Assembly (NCBI GenBank): GCA_963817955.1
Contig: CAWFQK010000002.1
Span: forward strand, 1,099,326-1,163,325
Source: an uncultured Gemmatimonadaceae bacterium
Lineage (GTDB): Bacteria > Gemmatimonadota > Gemmatimonadetes > Gemmatimonadales > Gemmatimonadaceae
Reading direction: 5' to 3'
DNA length: 64,000 bases
Shown: positions 41,291-50,017 of the stretch, piece by piece
Layout of the letters: each line of letters begins with the position of its first letter
Position numbering within the stretch: the first letter of the stretch is position 1
Position numbers and translations under genes: made by a program
The notes under the pieces: model-generated
Database searches by the model: none
What the model saw: the letters and a program-made list of their open reading frames with translations, nothing else
Told to the model about the DNA's origin: nothing

Positions 41291-42127
41291 ATGGCTGACA
41301 CACCATCTTCCGGTCCGCCCACTCCAGGCCTCAACCGCGGCGCTCTCGAGCGCGTGCTGGCGCGTGCGGCCGAGCTTCAGAGCGGCCCGAACGACTCGGC
41401 GGAAGAGTTCTCCGAAGCCCAACTGCTGGAGCTGGGACGTGAAGTTGGACTGTCGCCGCAGAGCCTGCGCCAGGCGCTCGCCGAGGAGCGCACGCGCTGC
41501 GCGCTGCCCGACGACGAGACGGGATGGTCGGCAAGCCTGTTCGGCCCATGCCACGTGGGCGCTGTACGCACCGTGCCTGGTCGTGCCACCGACGTGCTGG
41601 CCGCAATCGACGCCTGGATGCAGCGGCGCGAGCTGCTGATCGTGAAGCGTCACCACGCCGATCGAATCGTCTGGGAACCACGCCGGGATTTTCTTGTCGG
41701 CCTCAAGCGCGCGTTGCGTGTCGGCGGGCGCGACTACGCGCTGTCCCAGGCCTTCGAAGTGAGCGCGACCGTGATCCCAGTGGACGACGCTCTGGTGCAC
41801 GTCGGCCTCGATGCCGACTTCAAGTCCGCCCGTCAACGGTCCGCCAAGCGGTTCGTCTTGACCACCACCGCCGGAGCAGCCATCAGTGGGTCGCTGTTCA
41901 TCATGGGTGTGATGACTGCAATTGCCGCCGCGCCGGTGGTGGTGCTCGCCGGCGCCGGCTTCGTAGGGGCACGGGCGCTCCAGGCGCATGTGGTCGGGCG
42001 CGCGCAGCTCGCACTCGAGCAGCTGCTCGATCGGCTGGAACGCGACGATCTTGCCCGTGGCGGTGCTGACTCATTCCTCGGCGCGATCGTCGCCGCGGCG
42101 ACTGCGCTCCCGCCGCGGCGCCTTTAG
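41291..42127 (+). CDS. Hypothetical membrane protein
   Basis: ERVLARAAELQ...ELGREVGL...ALAE N-terminal motif; two C-terminal TM helices. Confidence 0.75.
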   Translation: MADTPSSGPPTPGLNRGALERVLARAAELQSGPNDSAEEFSEAQLLELGREVGLSPQSLRQALAEERTRCALPDDETGWSASLFGPCHVGAVRTVPGRATDVLAAIDAWMQRRELLIVKRHHADRIVWEPRRDFLVGLKRALRVGGRDYALSQAFEVSATVIPVDDALVHVGLDADFKSARQRSAKRFVLTTTAGAAISGSLFIMGVMTAIAAAPVVVLAGAGFVGARALQAHVVGRAQLALEQLLDRLERDDLARGGADSFLGAIVAAATALPPRRL

Positions 42128-43182
42128 CGCCAGCCCACGACCAGCGGTTTCGTGCGGGCGCGCTCCACGAGCCAAGCCATCGCACGATTGCTCAACACCC
42201 CGACCATGCTGAGCAGCGTCAACGATTTGACCTCGGAACGCGAGATCTTCACGACCTCCCGGCGGACCAGCGTCCCCGGCGTGCGAGTGAGATCGCGTAG
42301 CGTGGCATAGGCGAAGAGCAGCGGCAGCGCGCAGAAAAGGCGGATCGACACGGCGCGGCGCGGTATCGCGAGAAAATATGCCTTCGCTTGGTCGAGATCC
42401 TGCCAGGCCAGCTGCACGAGCGCGGCCAGGGCGGCGCGGTTCTGAGACGAGAGCTCGGCGGCGAGAATGGTTGCGTGCGCGCTCCCGTGCTCGCGGAGCA
42501 GCTGTTCCGGGATGTAGATGGAGTTCTCGTGCTCGGCGTCTCGCGCGACGTCCTTGAGGATATTGACCGTCTGCAACGCCTCAGCGAAGGCGCGGCAATG
42601 TTCGCGCAGCACCGTGTACTGCGCTACGCCGATGCTCGGCGAATGCTCGTACCAGAGATCGGTGAGCAGGTACCCGACGGTGCCGGCAACGTAGTAGCAG
42701 TACTCTTTGTACTCGTCGATGCTCTGGATGCGAACGCCATGCGGGTACGCGAGCACGAACTTCCGCATGCCGACGATCATTTCGCTCACCCAATGTCGCA
42801 CGACGCCGCGCGTCCGCTCGGGCAGGTCACCATAGCTGACGAACACCAGATCGGTGTTCCTGACCAGTCGCGCGTACGCCTCATCGCCGCGCGAGGACGA
42901 CATCGCTGCAATGAACGCAGCCACGGAGCGGTCATCCACGGCGTGGTCGCTGTGGAAGCAGGCGGCCAGAGTCTCGAACAGCGCCGCCTTTTCTTCCGCC
43001 GCCAAGTCGGGCTGATCTTCCACGGTATCAGCGATGCGGCAGAGGAGGTAGGCACAACGAACGGCGGCCCCGAGGTCGCCAGGCAGCAGGCGAATGCTCA
43101 AGGCAAACGTGCGCGACACCGCCGGAAGCATGTCCCGACAGAAGTCGTTCGCCTGTTGTGTCCGTGAGTCGCCGTGCACCAT
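42124..43182 (-). CDS. Squalene/phytoene synthase family (head-to-head isoprenoid synthase)
   Basis: VSRTF, YLLCRIADTVED, YCYYVAGTVG, LQTVNILKDVARD, VKISR. Confidence 0.9.
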   Translation of the reverse strand: MVHGDSRTQQANDFCRDMLPAVSRTFALSIRLLPGDLGAAVRCAYLLCRIADTVEDQPDLAAEEKAALFETLAACFHSDHAVDDRSVAAFIAAMSSSRGDEAYARLVRNTDLVFVSYGDLPERTRGVVRHWVSEMIVGMRKFVLAYPHGVRIQSIDEYKEYCYYVAGTVGYLLTDLWYEHSPSIGVAQYTVLREHCRAFAEALQTVNILKDVARDAEHENSIYIPEQLLREHGSAHATILAAELSSQNRAALAALVQLAWQDLDQAKAYFLAIPRRAVSIRLFCALPLLFAYATLRDLTRTPGTLVRREVVKISRSEVKSLTLLSMVGVLSNRAMAWLVERARTKPLVVGWR

Positions 43183-43284
43183 GGTCTCGCGTTGCTCGCG
43201 TTTGCCTCGCCGCTCCGGTTACACTACAGCGTCGGTACGCGGGAAGATAGCCAAAGAACCATCGCGACGCGTTCACAACCGCTC

Positions 43285-44919
43285 ATGTCCCTGACGCCAC
43301 CAACCAAATTTCGAGGCATTTTCCGCGCTGACGACGACGCGCGTGCCGTGTACGCCGAGGCGGCGGGCATCGCGCGCATCTGGCCGCGCGCGGTGGCGGT
43401 GCCGCTCGACCATGACGATCTCGTGACACTCGTCCGGTGGGCGGCGGCGGATCGAATCCCGCTCATTCCCCGCGGGTCGGGAAGCAGCATGCCGAGCGGA
43501 GCGATCGGCGATGGCGTCGTTGTCGACATGAGTCGCTGGCGGCACATCGGAGATGTCGACGTGGCAACGCGCACGGTTCGAGTGGGACCCGGGGCGCTAT
43601 GCGGCGACGTCGATATCGCGGCGCGGAAGCATGGCCTCCGCTTTCCGGTCGATCCGTCGAGCGGGGCTGTCTGCACGGTGGGAGGCATGGCATCGACGAA
43701 CGCGGCCGGTTCGCATTCCATGTACTTCGGTGCAATGAGGCGGTGGGTTCGGACGATCGATTGCGTTTTTGCCGATGGCTCACGAGCCGAGATTCGCCGC
43801 GGCGCGCAGCCCCCTGCCGGTGTTCCGGCCATCGACCGCTTCTTGTCCATTGCGGACATGATCATGGACGATGAATCGACGAGGCCGTCGATCCATCGTG
43901 GCGTGTTGAAGGACTCCTCCGGGTATGCCCTGAACACCTACGCGCAATCGCGCGATCTGGTGGACATCCTCGTCGGCAGCGAGGGCACGCTGGCGTTTTT
44001 CACCGAACTGGAGCTCGATCTCATTCCTGTGCCGGTGGCCACGAGTAGCGCTCTTGGCGCATTCTCCACGATCGAGCAGGCGGTGGTCGCGGCAGGACGG
44101 GCACGCGCGGCGGGCGCGGTCGCTTGTGAGCTGCTGGACAAGACGTTTCTCGATGTAGCAGCATCCCGCGGAGCGGAACGGCCGCTGCCGGCGGACACCG
44201 AGTCGGCCCTCCTCGCTGAAGTCGAGGGAATCGACGCAGCGGCGGCGGCGCGGACGGTGCGAGCGGTGGAGCAAATTTTCCGCGACAACGGCGCAACCAC
44301 GGTTCGCGTGGCGCTGGATGCGGCGACCGAGACCGAGTTGTGGGAGTTGCGGCATGCGGCGAGTCCCATTCTCGCGAAGCTCGATCCATCACTCCGGTCC
44401 ATGCAGTTCATCGAAGACGGTGCGGTGCCGCCGGAGCGGTTGGCCGATTACGTGCGAGGCGTTCGGGCCATTCTCGCAACGAACGATACGCGCGGCGTGA
44501 TCTTCGGCCACGCGGGCGACGCACACGTCCACGTGAACCCCTTGGTGGACGTGAGCCGAGCAGATTGGCGCATTCGCGTTGGAAGAATTCTCGACGGGGT
44601 TGTCGAGCTGACAGCCTCGCTCGGTGGCACGCTCACCGGCGAGCACGGCGACGGGAGACTCCGCACGCCAATTCTGCCGCGCGTCTGGTCGAGAGAGGCA
44701 CTGGAGCATTTCCGCGCTGTGAAAATCGCCTTCGATCCCGCTGGCATTCTCAACCCGGGCGTGAAGGTGGCGACACCGGGCGAATCGGCCCTTGGCGAGA
44801 TCAAGTACGATCCGATGCTGTCGCCGCTCGGGTCACGAGCCCGCGCCGCGCTCGACGTGGTGGACCAGCAGCGCGCCTACGATCGTTTTCGCCTCGATCT
44901 TCTCGATCAGAGCGATTGA
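43285..44919 (+). CDS. FAD-linked oxidoreductase (GlcD/D-lactate dehydrogenase family)
   Basis: PRGSGSS, GSEGTL, GHAGD, GEHGDG, FDPAGILNPG. Confidence 0.9.
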   Translation: MSLTPPTKFRGIFRADDDARAVYAEAAGIARIWPRAVAVPLDHDDLVTLVRWAAADRIPLIPRGSGSSMPSGAIGDGVVVDMSRWRHIGDVDVATRTVRVGPGALCGDVDIAARKHGLRFPVDPSSGAVCTVGGMASTNAAGSHSMYFGAMRRWVRTIDCVFADGSRAEIRRGAQPPAGVPAIDRFLSIADMIMDDESTRPSIHRGVLKDSSGYALNTYAQSRDLVDILVGSEGTLAFFTELELDLIPVPVATSSALGAFSTIEQAVVAAGRARAAGAVACELLDKTFLDVAASRGAERPLPADTESALLAEVEGIDAAAAARTVRAVEQIFRDNGATTVRVALDAATETELWELRHAASPILAKLDPSLRSMQFIEDGAVPPERLADYVRGVRAILATNDTRGVIFGHAGDAHVHVNPLVDVSRADWRIRVGRILDGVVELTASLGGTLTGEHGDGRLRTPILPRVWSREALEHFRAVKIAFDPAGILNPGVKVATPGESALGEIKYDPMLSPLGSRARAALDVVDQQRAYDRFRLDLLDQSD

Positions 44920-45022
44920 TTCCCGCTTGTCGCCCGCCGAGCGACGCCGTTGATTTCGCGTCGGCCGGCGATGACGCATCGCCCATCGCCCATCATCGCC
45001 CACGCTCACGCCGATTGCATCG

Positions 45023-45784
45023 ATGCCCAGCCCCCGCTACTACGCCGACCCCGTTCTCTCCCTGCTCGCGCGTCCGAGCTTCACGCAGCCCGAGCATCTG
45101 GCGGTGAGCTATGTCGGCGACAGCACCGACGGAGAGCGGCTCGCGGAATTCGCCGGCCGGCTGTGCTACATGAGTCAGCACAATCCGGCCAAGCGAGCGA
45201 CGCGCGACTACCTGGAGAACATCAAGAAGCAGGGGCACGGTAGCGTCCTCGAGCACGCGAACTACTCGATTCTCCTGGAAGGCGTGAGCCGTTCGTTGAC
45301 GCACGAGATGGTTCGTCACCGCGCCGGATTCGCCTACTCGCAGCTGTCGCAGCGGTACGTGGATGAGTCTGAGGCGAGCTTCGTGATTCCTCCGGCCATC
45401 ATCGGCGACGAGGCTCTCGAGGGCATGTGGCGCGAGCAGGTGGAGCAGGCGCAGACGGTGTACGTCGAGCTAGTGGCGAAGTTGATGGAGCGCTATGGCT
45501 GGGTGGCGGACAAGGTCCACCGGCGGAAGATGGCGCGTGAAGCCGCACGGGCCGTGCTGCCAAATGCGACGGAGACGAAGATCGTCGTCACGGGAAACGT
45601 GCGCGCCTGGCGTACGATGCTCGAGCTGCGATCGAGCGAAGGCGCCGAGCTGGAAATTCGTCGCCTCGCGCTCGCCGTGCTGCGACTGCTGCAGCGCGAA
45701 GCGCCGGGATTCTTCGCAGACTTCGAAATCTTTCAGGCAGAGGATCGGCGAGAAGCAGCGAGGATCGGTTACCACAAAGTCTGA
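45023..45784 (+). CDS. thyX: FAD-dependent thymidylate synthase
   Basis: GHGSVLEH, RHRAGFAYSQLSQRY, AREAARAVLP. Confidence 0.95.
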   Translation: MPSPRYYADPVLSLLARPSFTQPEHLAVSYVGDSTDGERLAEFAGRLCYMSQHNPAKRATRDYLENIKKQGHGSVLEHANYSILLEGVSRSLTHEMVRHRAGFAYSQLSQRYVDESEASFVIPPAIIGDEALEGMWREQVEQAQTVYVELVAKLMERYGWVADKVHRRKMAREAARAVLPNATETKIVVTGNVRAWRTMLELRSSEGAELEIRRLALAVLRLLQREAPGFFADFEIFQAEDRREAARIGYHKV

Positions 45785-45799
45785 GGGGGGGACAACTGA

Positions 45800-46870
45800 G
45801 CCCGCTCTGTCGACACAGGATCGATCGGCGTCCAGATGGAATCCCTCGCTGTCTAGATCGAATGCACGCTTGCGCAGCCGGGATCGATCCTCGTCTAGAT
45901 CGAATTCACGCGTGTTCAGGTGGAAGTCACGGCTGCTCAGATGGAATCCCTCGCTGTCTAGATCGAATTCACACCAGTGAAGATGGAAGTGCCGCCTGTC
46001 GAGATCGAACCGGTTCTCACCAACACGCCTCTGACGCGCGCCCACTCGCCTGTCACGCGCGTCCACTCGCAATCCTCGCTTGTTCAGCTGGGATGATGTG
46101 ACGTCCACCTGCGATTGCCTCTCGGTCAGCTCGGATCCCTTCCGGTCGAGATGTAACCCACGCGTGTCCAGGGGTGACTCGCCGGTGCGGAGATCGCACA
46201 GCGCCGGTGCAAGCACGAACCCCTCGCGTGCAAGCACGAACCCTTCGCAATCAACATCGGACTCGCCGCCGTCTAGGAGGCTTCATCGCTCGTCTCGCTC
46301 GGATGCCCGCGTGCTCACGAGTAACTGCGCGCCGTGCCGGAGGGATCGACGTGTGTCAACCGAGGATTCATCGCGTACAACATCAGACCCTCTGCCGTCA
46401 ACAGCAGACCCTCGGCCGTTGAGGCCTCTCTCACGCGACCCCATGTCGGAATCATCCGTGTCGACATGGAATAGATCGTTGTCGACATGGGATAGATCGT
46501 TGTCAACGTACAATGGCTTCGTGTTCACCTGCAATAGCTCGGAATTCAGGACCCAGTCGTGCGCGTACAGCAGGGATGGCTGACGTATAAGGTGGAATCG
46601 TCTGCTGTGCAGGCCCCACGCTCGATCGTCAAGATCGAATGCGGTCGTGTTGAGGACGGACTCCGCACCTGACAGGCAAGACCATCGCCTCTCACGCAGA
46701 CACCGATCGGTTCACACGGCACGTCGCGCCGTCCCTCGACGACTCCGACACATCCGAAGGTACCTCCGTCGTTTTCGACGACCACTGCGTCGCTGTCGAC
46801 GACCATTTTATCGCTTCCGACGACATTTCCGTTGCTTCCGACGACCACTTCACTGCTTCCAATGGCGAGT
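45800..46870. repeat. Degenerate 21-nt-periodic tandem repeat region
   Basis: Identical 31-mer at 45833 and 45938 (105 nt = 5x21); GTGCAAGCACGAACCC at 46207 and 46228; 21-mers at 46460 and 46481; GCTTCC at 46813, 46834 and 46855. Confidence 0.8.
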
Positions 46871-47027
46871 GCGGCACGTCTCACACCTGTTATTCCTCAT
46901 TTCGCTCCGGCGCTTCGGCGCCCGCCGGCGTGCCGTTCTCTTTCAGCGCGCACGGAGTCCCTCGGAGGCCATCTGAAAGATCGTGAAGGCCGCACCGTGG
47001 AGATGCTCCGCCGCAGCGGCGCGGCGG

Positions 47028-47102
47028 CACGAGACACGATCACAACATACGAGACGCGGGACACGCGACACGAGACATCAGATCGTGTCTCGATGTCTCG
47101 AT
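47028..47102. repeat. Heptamer-based (ACGAGAC/GTCTCG) imperfect palindromic repeat cluster
   Basis: cacgagacac..acgagacgcgggacacgcgacacgagacatc followed by gtgtctcgatgtctcg. Confidence 0.55.
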
Positions 47103-47160
47103 CGGAAGAAAATCATTGCGCGACAAAATCAGCACTCCTATTTTGCGCGAAGATCGCAGG

Positions 47161-47176
47161 TGGCATTTGTTTTGCG
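47161..47176 (+). promoter_or_regulatory. Candidate sigma54 (-24/-12) promoter
   Basis: TGGCATTTGTTTTGCG fits TGGCAC-N5-TTGC with exact GG-N10-GC spacing, about 90 nt before the operon start. Confidence 0.6.
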
Positions 47177-47265
47177 CCATCGCGTCGCTGGATTGAGCGC
47201 ACGACTCACTCTCGCAGTTCGAGCATCTGGCGGCCGATTCGCCGCGGACGATCAACAGAGATGGA

Positions 47266-48396
47266 ATGACCCGTATCGGGTTCGCGTACAACCAAAAACC
47301 TGAAACGAGCGTGGGCCTCGTGAGCGCTGCGTCGTCGGAGCCGCGCTCCGACGAGGAGCCTCCCAGTATCAGCGACGTCTATGCGGAGTGGGACTCCGCA
47401 GAAACGATCGACGCCGTCGCGTCCGCGCTCTCACCGTACGGCGACGTGATCCGCCTCGAGGCGAACGAGGAGTTCCCCGAGCGGCTGCAGGCCGAGCGCC
47501 CCGACATCGTGTTCAACATTGCCGAAGGCCTCTACGGCGCGAATCGCGAAGCTCACGTCCCGGCGATCTGTGAGTTCTTCGACATCCCCTACTCCGGAAG
47601 CGACCCCTTCACTCTGTCGCTCTGCCTGCAGAAGGCAAGAACGAAGGACATTCTCACGGCGTACGGCATTCCAACGGCGGCGTATGTTCTGATCCAATCG
47701 GCTGCAGACGTCGAGTCTATCCTCAAAGGGAATTCCCCCGTCGGCCCTCCATCGCCCACCACGCCGCTCTTTCTCAAGCCGGTTCAGGAAGGCTCCAGCA
47801 AGGGAATCACGGAGAAGAATCTCGTACGCTCACCCGAGGAGCTCGCGGTCCAGGCCCGTTTTCTCCTCGACGCATACCAGCAGCCGGTGATCGCCGAAGC
47901 ATTTCTTCCCGGCGCCGAGTTCACGTGCGGCGTCCTGGGCAATGGGGCGAATGCGCGCGTGCTACCGCTCGTCGGAATCAACTTCCAGTCGCTGCCGCAA
48001 GGCGCACTGCCAGTCTACGGCTACGAAGCGAAGTGGATATGGGACACACCACAGAATCCGCTCGCAATCTTCGAATGCCCCGCGAAAATCGACCCCGGCC
48101 TGCGGAGCGCAATTGACGACGCAGTGCTCCGCGCCTATCGCGCTGTCGGTTGCCGCGACTGGTCGCGCATCGATGTCCGACTCGACGCGGACGGCATCCC
48201 GAACATCATCGAAGTGAACCCACTCCCTGGCATTCTGCCGAACCCGGAGGACAATTCCTGTCTTCCCAAGGCCGCCCGCGCCGCCGGGCTGTCGTACGAT
48301 CATCTCATTCAGTCCGCGCTTCAGCACGCCGCCGAGCGAACCGGGGTGCAGCTACTCCCCTCGCCGATAGCTGATCTCCCATCACGGGTCGCATGA
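47266..48396 (+). CDS. D-Ala-D-Ala ligase-like ATP-grasp enzyme 1
   Basis: VFNIAEG, PYSGS, KP..EGSSKGI, RIDVR, IEVNPLPG; lacks the canonical Ddl N-terminal GG.S.E motif. Confidence 0.88.
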   Translation: MTRIGFAYNQKPETSVGLVSAASSEPRSDEEPPSISDVYAEWDSAETIDAVASALSPYGDVIRLEANEEFPERLQAERPDIVFNIAEGLYGANREAHVPAICEFFDIPYSGSDPFTLSLCLQKARTKDILTAYGIPTAAYVLIQSAADVESILKGNSPVGPPSPTTPLFLKPVQEGSSKGITEKNLVRSPEELAVQARFLLDAYQQPVIAEAFLPGAEFTCGVLGNGANARVLPLVGINFQSLPQGALPVYGYEAKWIWDTPQNPLAIFECPAKIDPGLRSAIDDAVLRAYRAVGCRDWSRIDVRLDADGIPNIIEVNPLPGILPNPEDNSCLPKAARAAGLSYDHLIQSALQHAAERTGVQLLPSPIADLPSRVA

Positions 48397-49451
48397 AAGT
48401 CGCCATTCTGTTCGACGGCGCATCCGCCTACGCCACGACTCCCGACCTGCTCATCCTCGGCACCGTGCAGGCAATCGAATCGTCGCTGGCAGCGGAAGGA
48501 AACGAAGTGGTCCACGTCCCGGTGTTTCACGACGGCAAGTGGATCGAGAAGCTGCGGCGCGGGAAATACGATCTCGCCTTCAACATGTGCGAGGGGATCG
48601 ACGGCATCGCCACGATGGAATCCGCCGTGATCTCCGTCCTCGAGCTGTTCAGGATTCCGTTCACGGGTGCGTCGAGCTACTGCACTGCCGTCTGCCTCCG
48701 CAAGCAAGTCATCAACGGGCTGCTGGAGAAAGCGGGGCTGCCGGTGCCACGCTTCACGTCCATTCGGCGCGGTGATCCGTTGGTGAGTGTCGGCTATCCG
48801 GCCATCGTGAAGCCGGCCGCGGAAGACGCCTCACTGGGAGTAGAGCAGCGGTCGGTAGTGCGGAACACGCGCCAGCTCGCCGAGCGCGTGGAAGCGATGC
48901 TCGGCTTGTGGGACGAACTGCTGGTGCAGCGGTATGTGGACGGGCGCGAGGTGAACGTCGGGATCCTGGGCGAGGCGGTGCTGCCGATTGCCGAAATCGA
49001 CTTCAGCCGCATGCCGAGTGGGCGCTGGCACATCGTGACCTACCAATCGAAATGGATGACGGGCAGCGTAGACGACGTCGGCACCGAGCCACGCTGTCCA
49101 GCGCGGCTGCCGGCGAAGGTGGCGAACGAGGCACGACGCGTGGCGCTTCGGGCCTGGAAGCTCGTCGGTGGCGTTGGCTACGGGCGGGTGGATATGCGCA
49201 TCGACGCGAACGGCCAGCCCTGGATTCTCGAGGTGAACGCGAATCCCGACATTTCGCCCGACGCCGGCCTGGCGCGCATGTCCCGGGTGGCAGGGATCGA
49301 GTACGGCGCGCTCATTCGGAACATCTGCGAGCTCGGGCTCGCACGCAGCAACGGAACGGGGCGCGCCGACGCATGGGCGCTCGCTCAGAAGTTGTCCGGT
49401 GTAGACAGCCCTCCGCCGGAGTGCGATCTGTTCGCGGTGAACCAGGAGTGA
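48393..49451 (+). CDS. D-Ala-D-Ala ligase-like ATP-grasp enzyme 2
   Basis: AFNMCEG, PFTGA, KPAAEDASLGV, GRVDMR, LEVNANPD; ATGA overlap. Confidence 0.88.
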   Translation: MKVAILFDGASAYATTPDLLILGTVQAIESSLAAEGNEVVHVPVFHDGKWIEKLRRGKYDLAFNMCEGIDGIATMESAVISVLELFRIPFTGASSYCTAVCLRKQVINGLLEKAGLPVPRFTSIRRGDPLVSVGYPAIVKPAAEDASLGVEQRSVVRNTRQLAERVEAMLGLWDELLVQRYVDGREVNVGILGEAVLPIAEIDFSRMPSGRWHIVTYQSKWMTGSVDDVGTEPRCPARLPAKVANEARRVALRAWKLVGGVGYGRVDMRIDANGQPWILEVNANPDISPDAGLARMSRVAGIEYGALIRNICELGLARSNGTGRADAWALAQKLSGVDSPPPECDLFAVNQE

Positions 49452-49452
49452 A

Positions 49453-50017
49453 ATGCCGGTGAGGCTCGGCGCCCTGCAGAAAGGGCATCGAAACCGTATT
49501 CGTGAAATCCTCGACGCGACAGCCGTCTTTCGCGACGAGGAAGTGGCGGTGGCACTCGAGTTATTCGATGAGACCTTCGCGGCGGGACCGACCCGCGCGC
49601 CGTACGATCCGGGCGACGGCGTGGCCAATTACGAGTTCGTCGGGTCGTTCTCGCGCGAAGGCCAACTCATCGGATACGTCTGCTACGGCGCCACTCCGGG
49701 CACTGATCGTACCTACGATCTCTACTGGATCGCCATGCATCCGGAGTTTCAAGGCGGAGGCGGCGGCAGCCAGATGCTCGAAGAAGTCGAGCGCCGCCTC
49801 CGCCAGCGCGGACGCTCGATTGCTCGTTGTCGAAACGTCGTCGCGCGCCGATTACGCGCCGACGCGGCACTTTTACGAAGCGCGAAGCTACATCTGCACC
49901 GCATCGCTGGCCGATTACTATGCGCCCGGCGACGACCGGGTGGTATTCACGAAGAAGCTGCAAGCCAACGAGCCGCGAGCAACGTCCCTCTCCTTCAATC
50001 GGAGTCGTCGTGCATGA
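49453..50017 (+). CDS. GNAT family N-acetyltransferase (apparent 1-nt insertion near 49811)
   Basis: LYWIAMHPEFQGGGGG, then ARLLVVETSSRADYAPTRHFYE..YYAPGDD in the shifted frame, ending in a TGA that overlaps the KamA ATG. Confidence 0.82.

Noticed and set aside
45800..46870. Possible CRISPR array
   Set aside because: No constant repeat with unique spacers, the period is 21 nt, and no cas genes are present.
47266..49451. Vancomycin-resistance (van) ligases or housekeeping ddl
   Set aside because: No vanH/X/R/S or mur/fts context, and canonical Ddl N-terminal motifs are absent.
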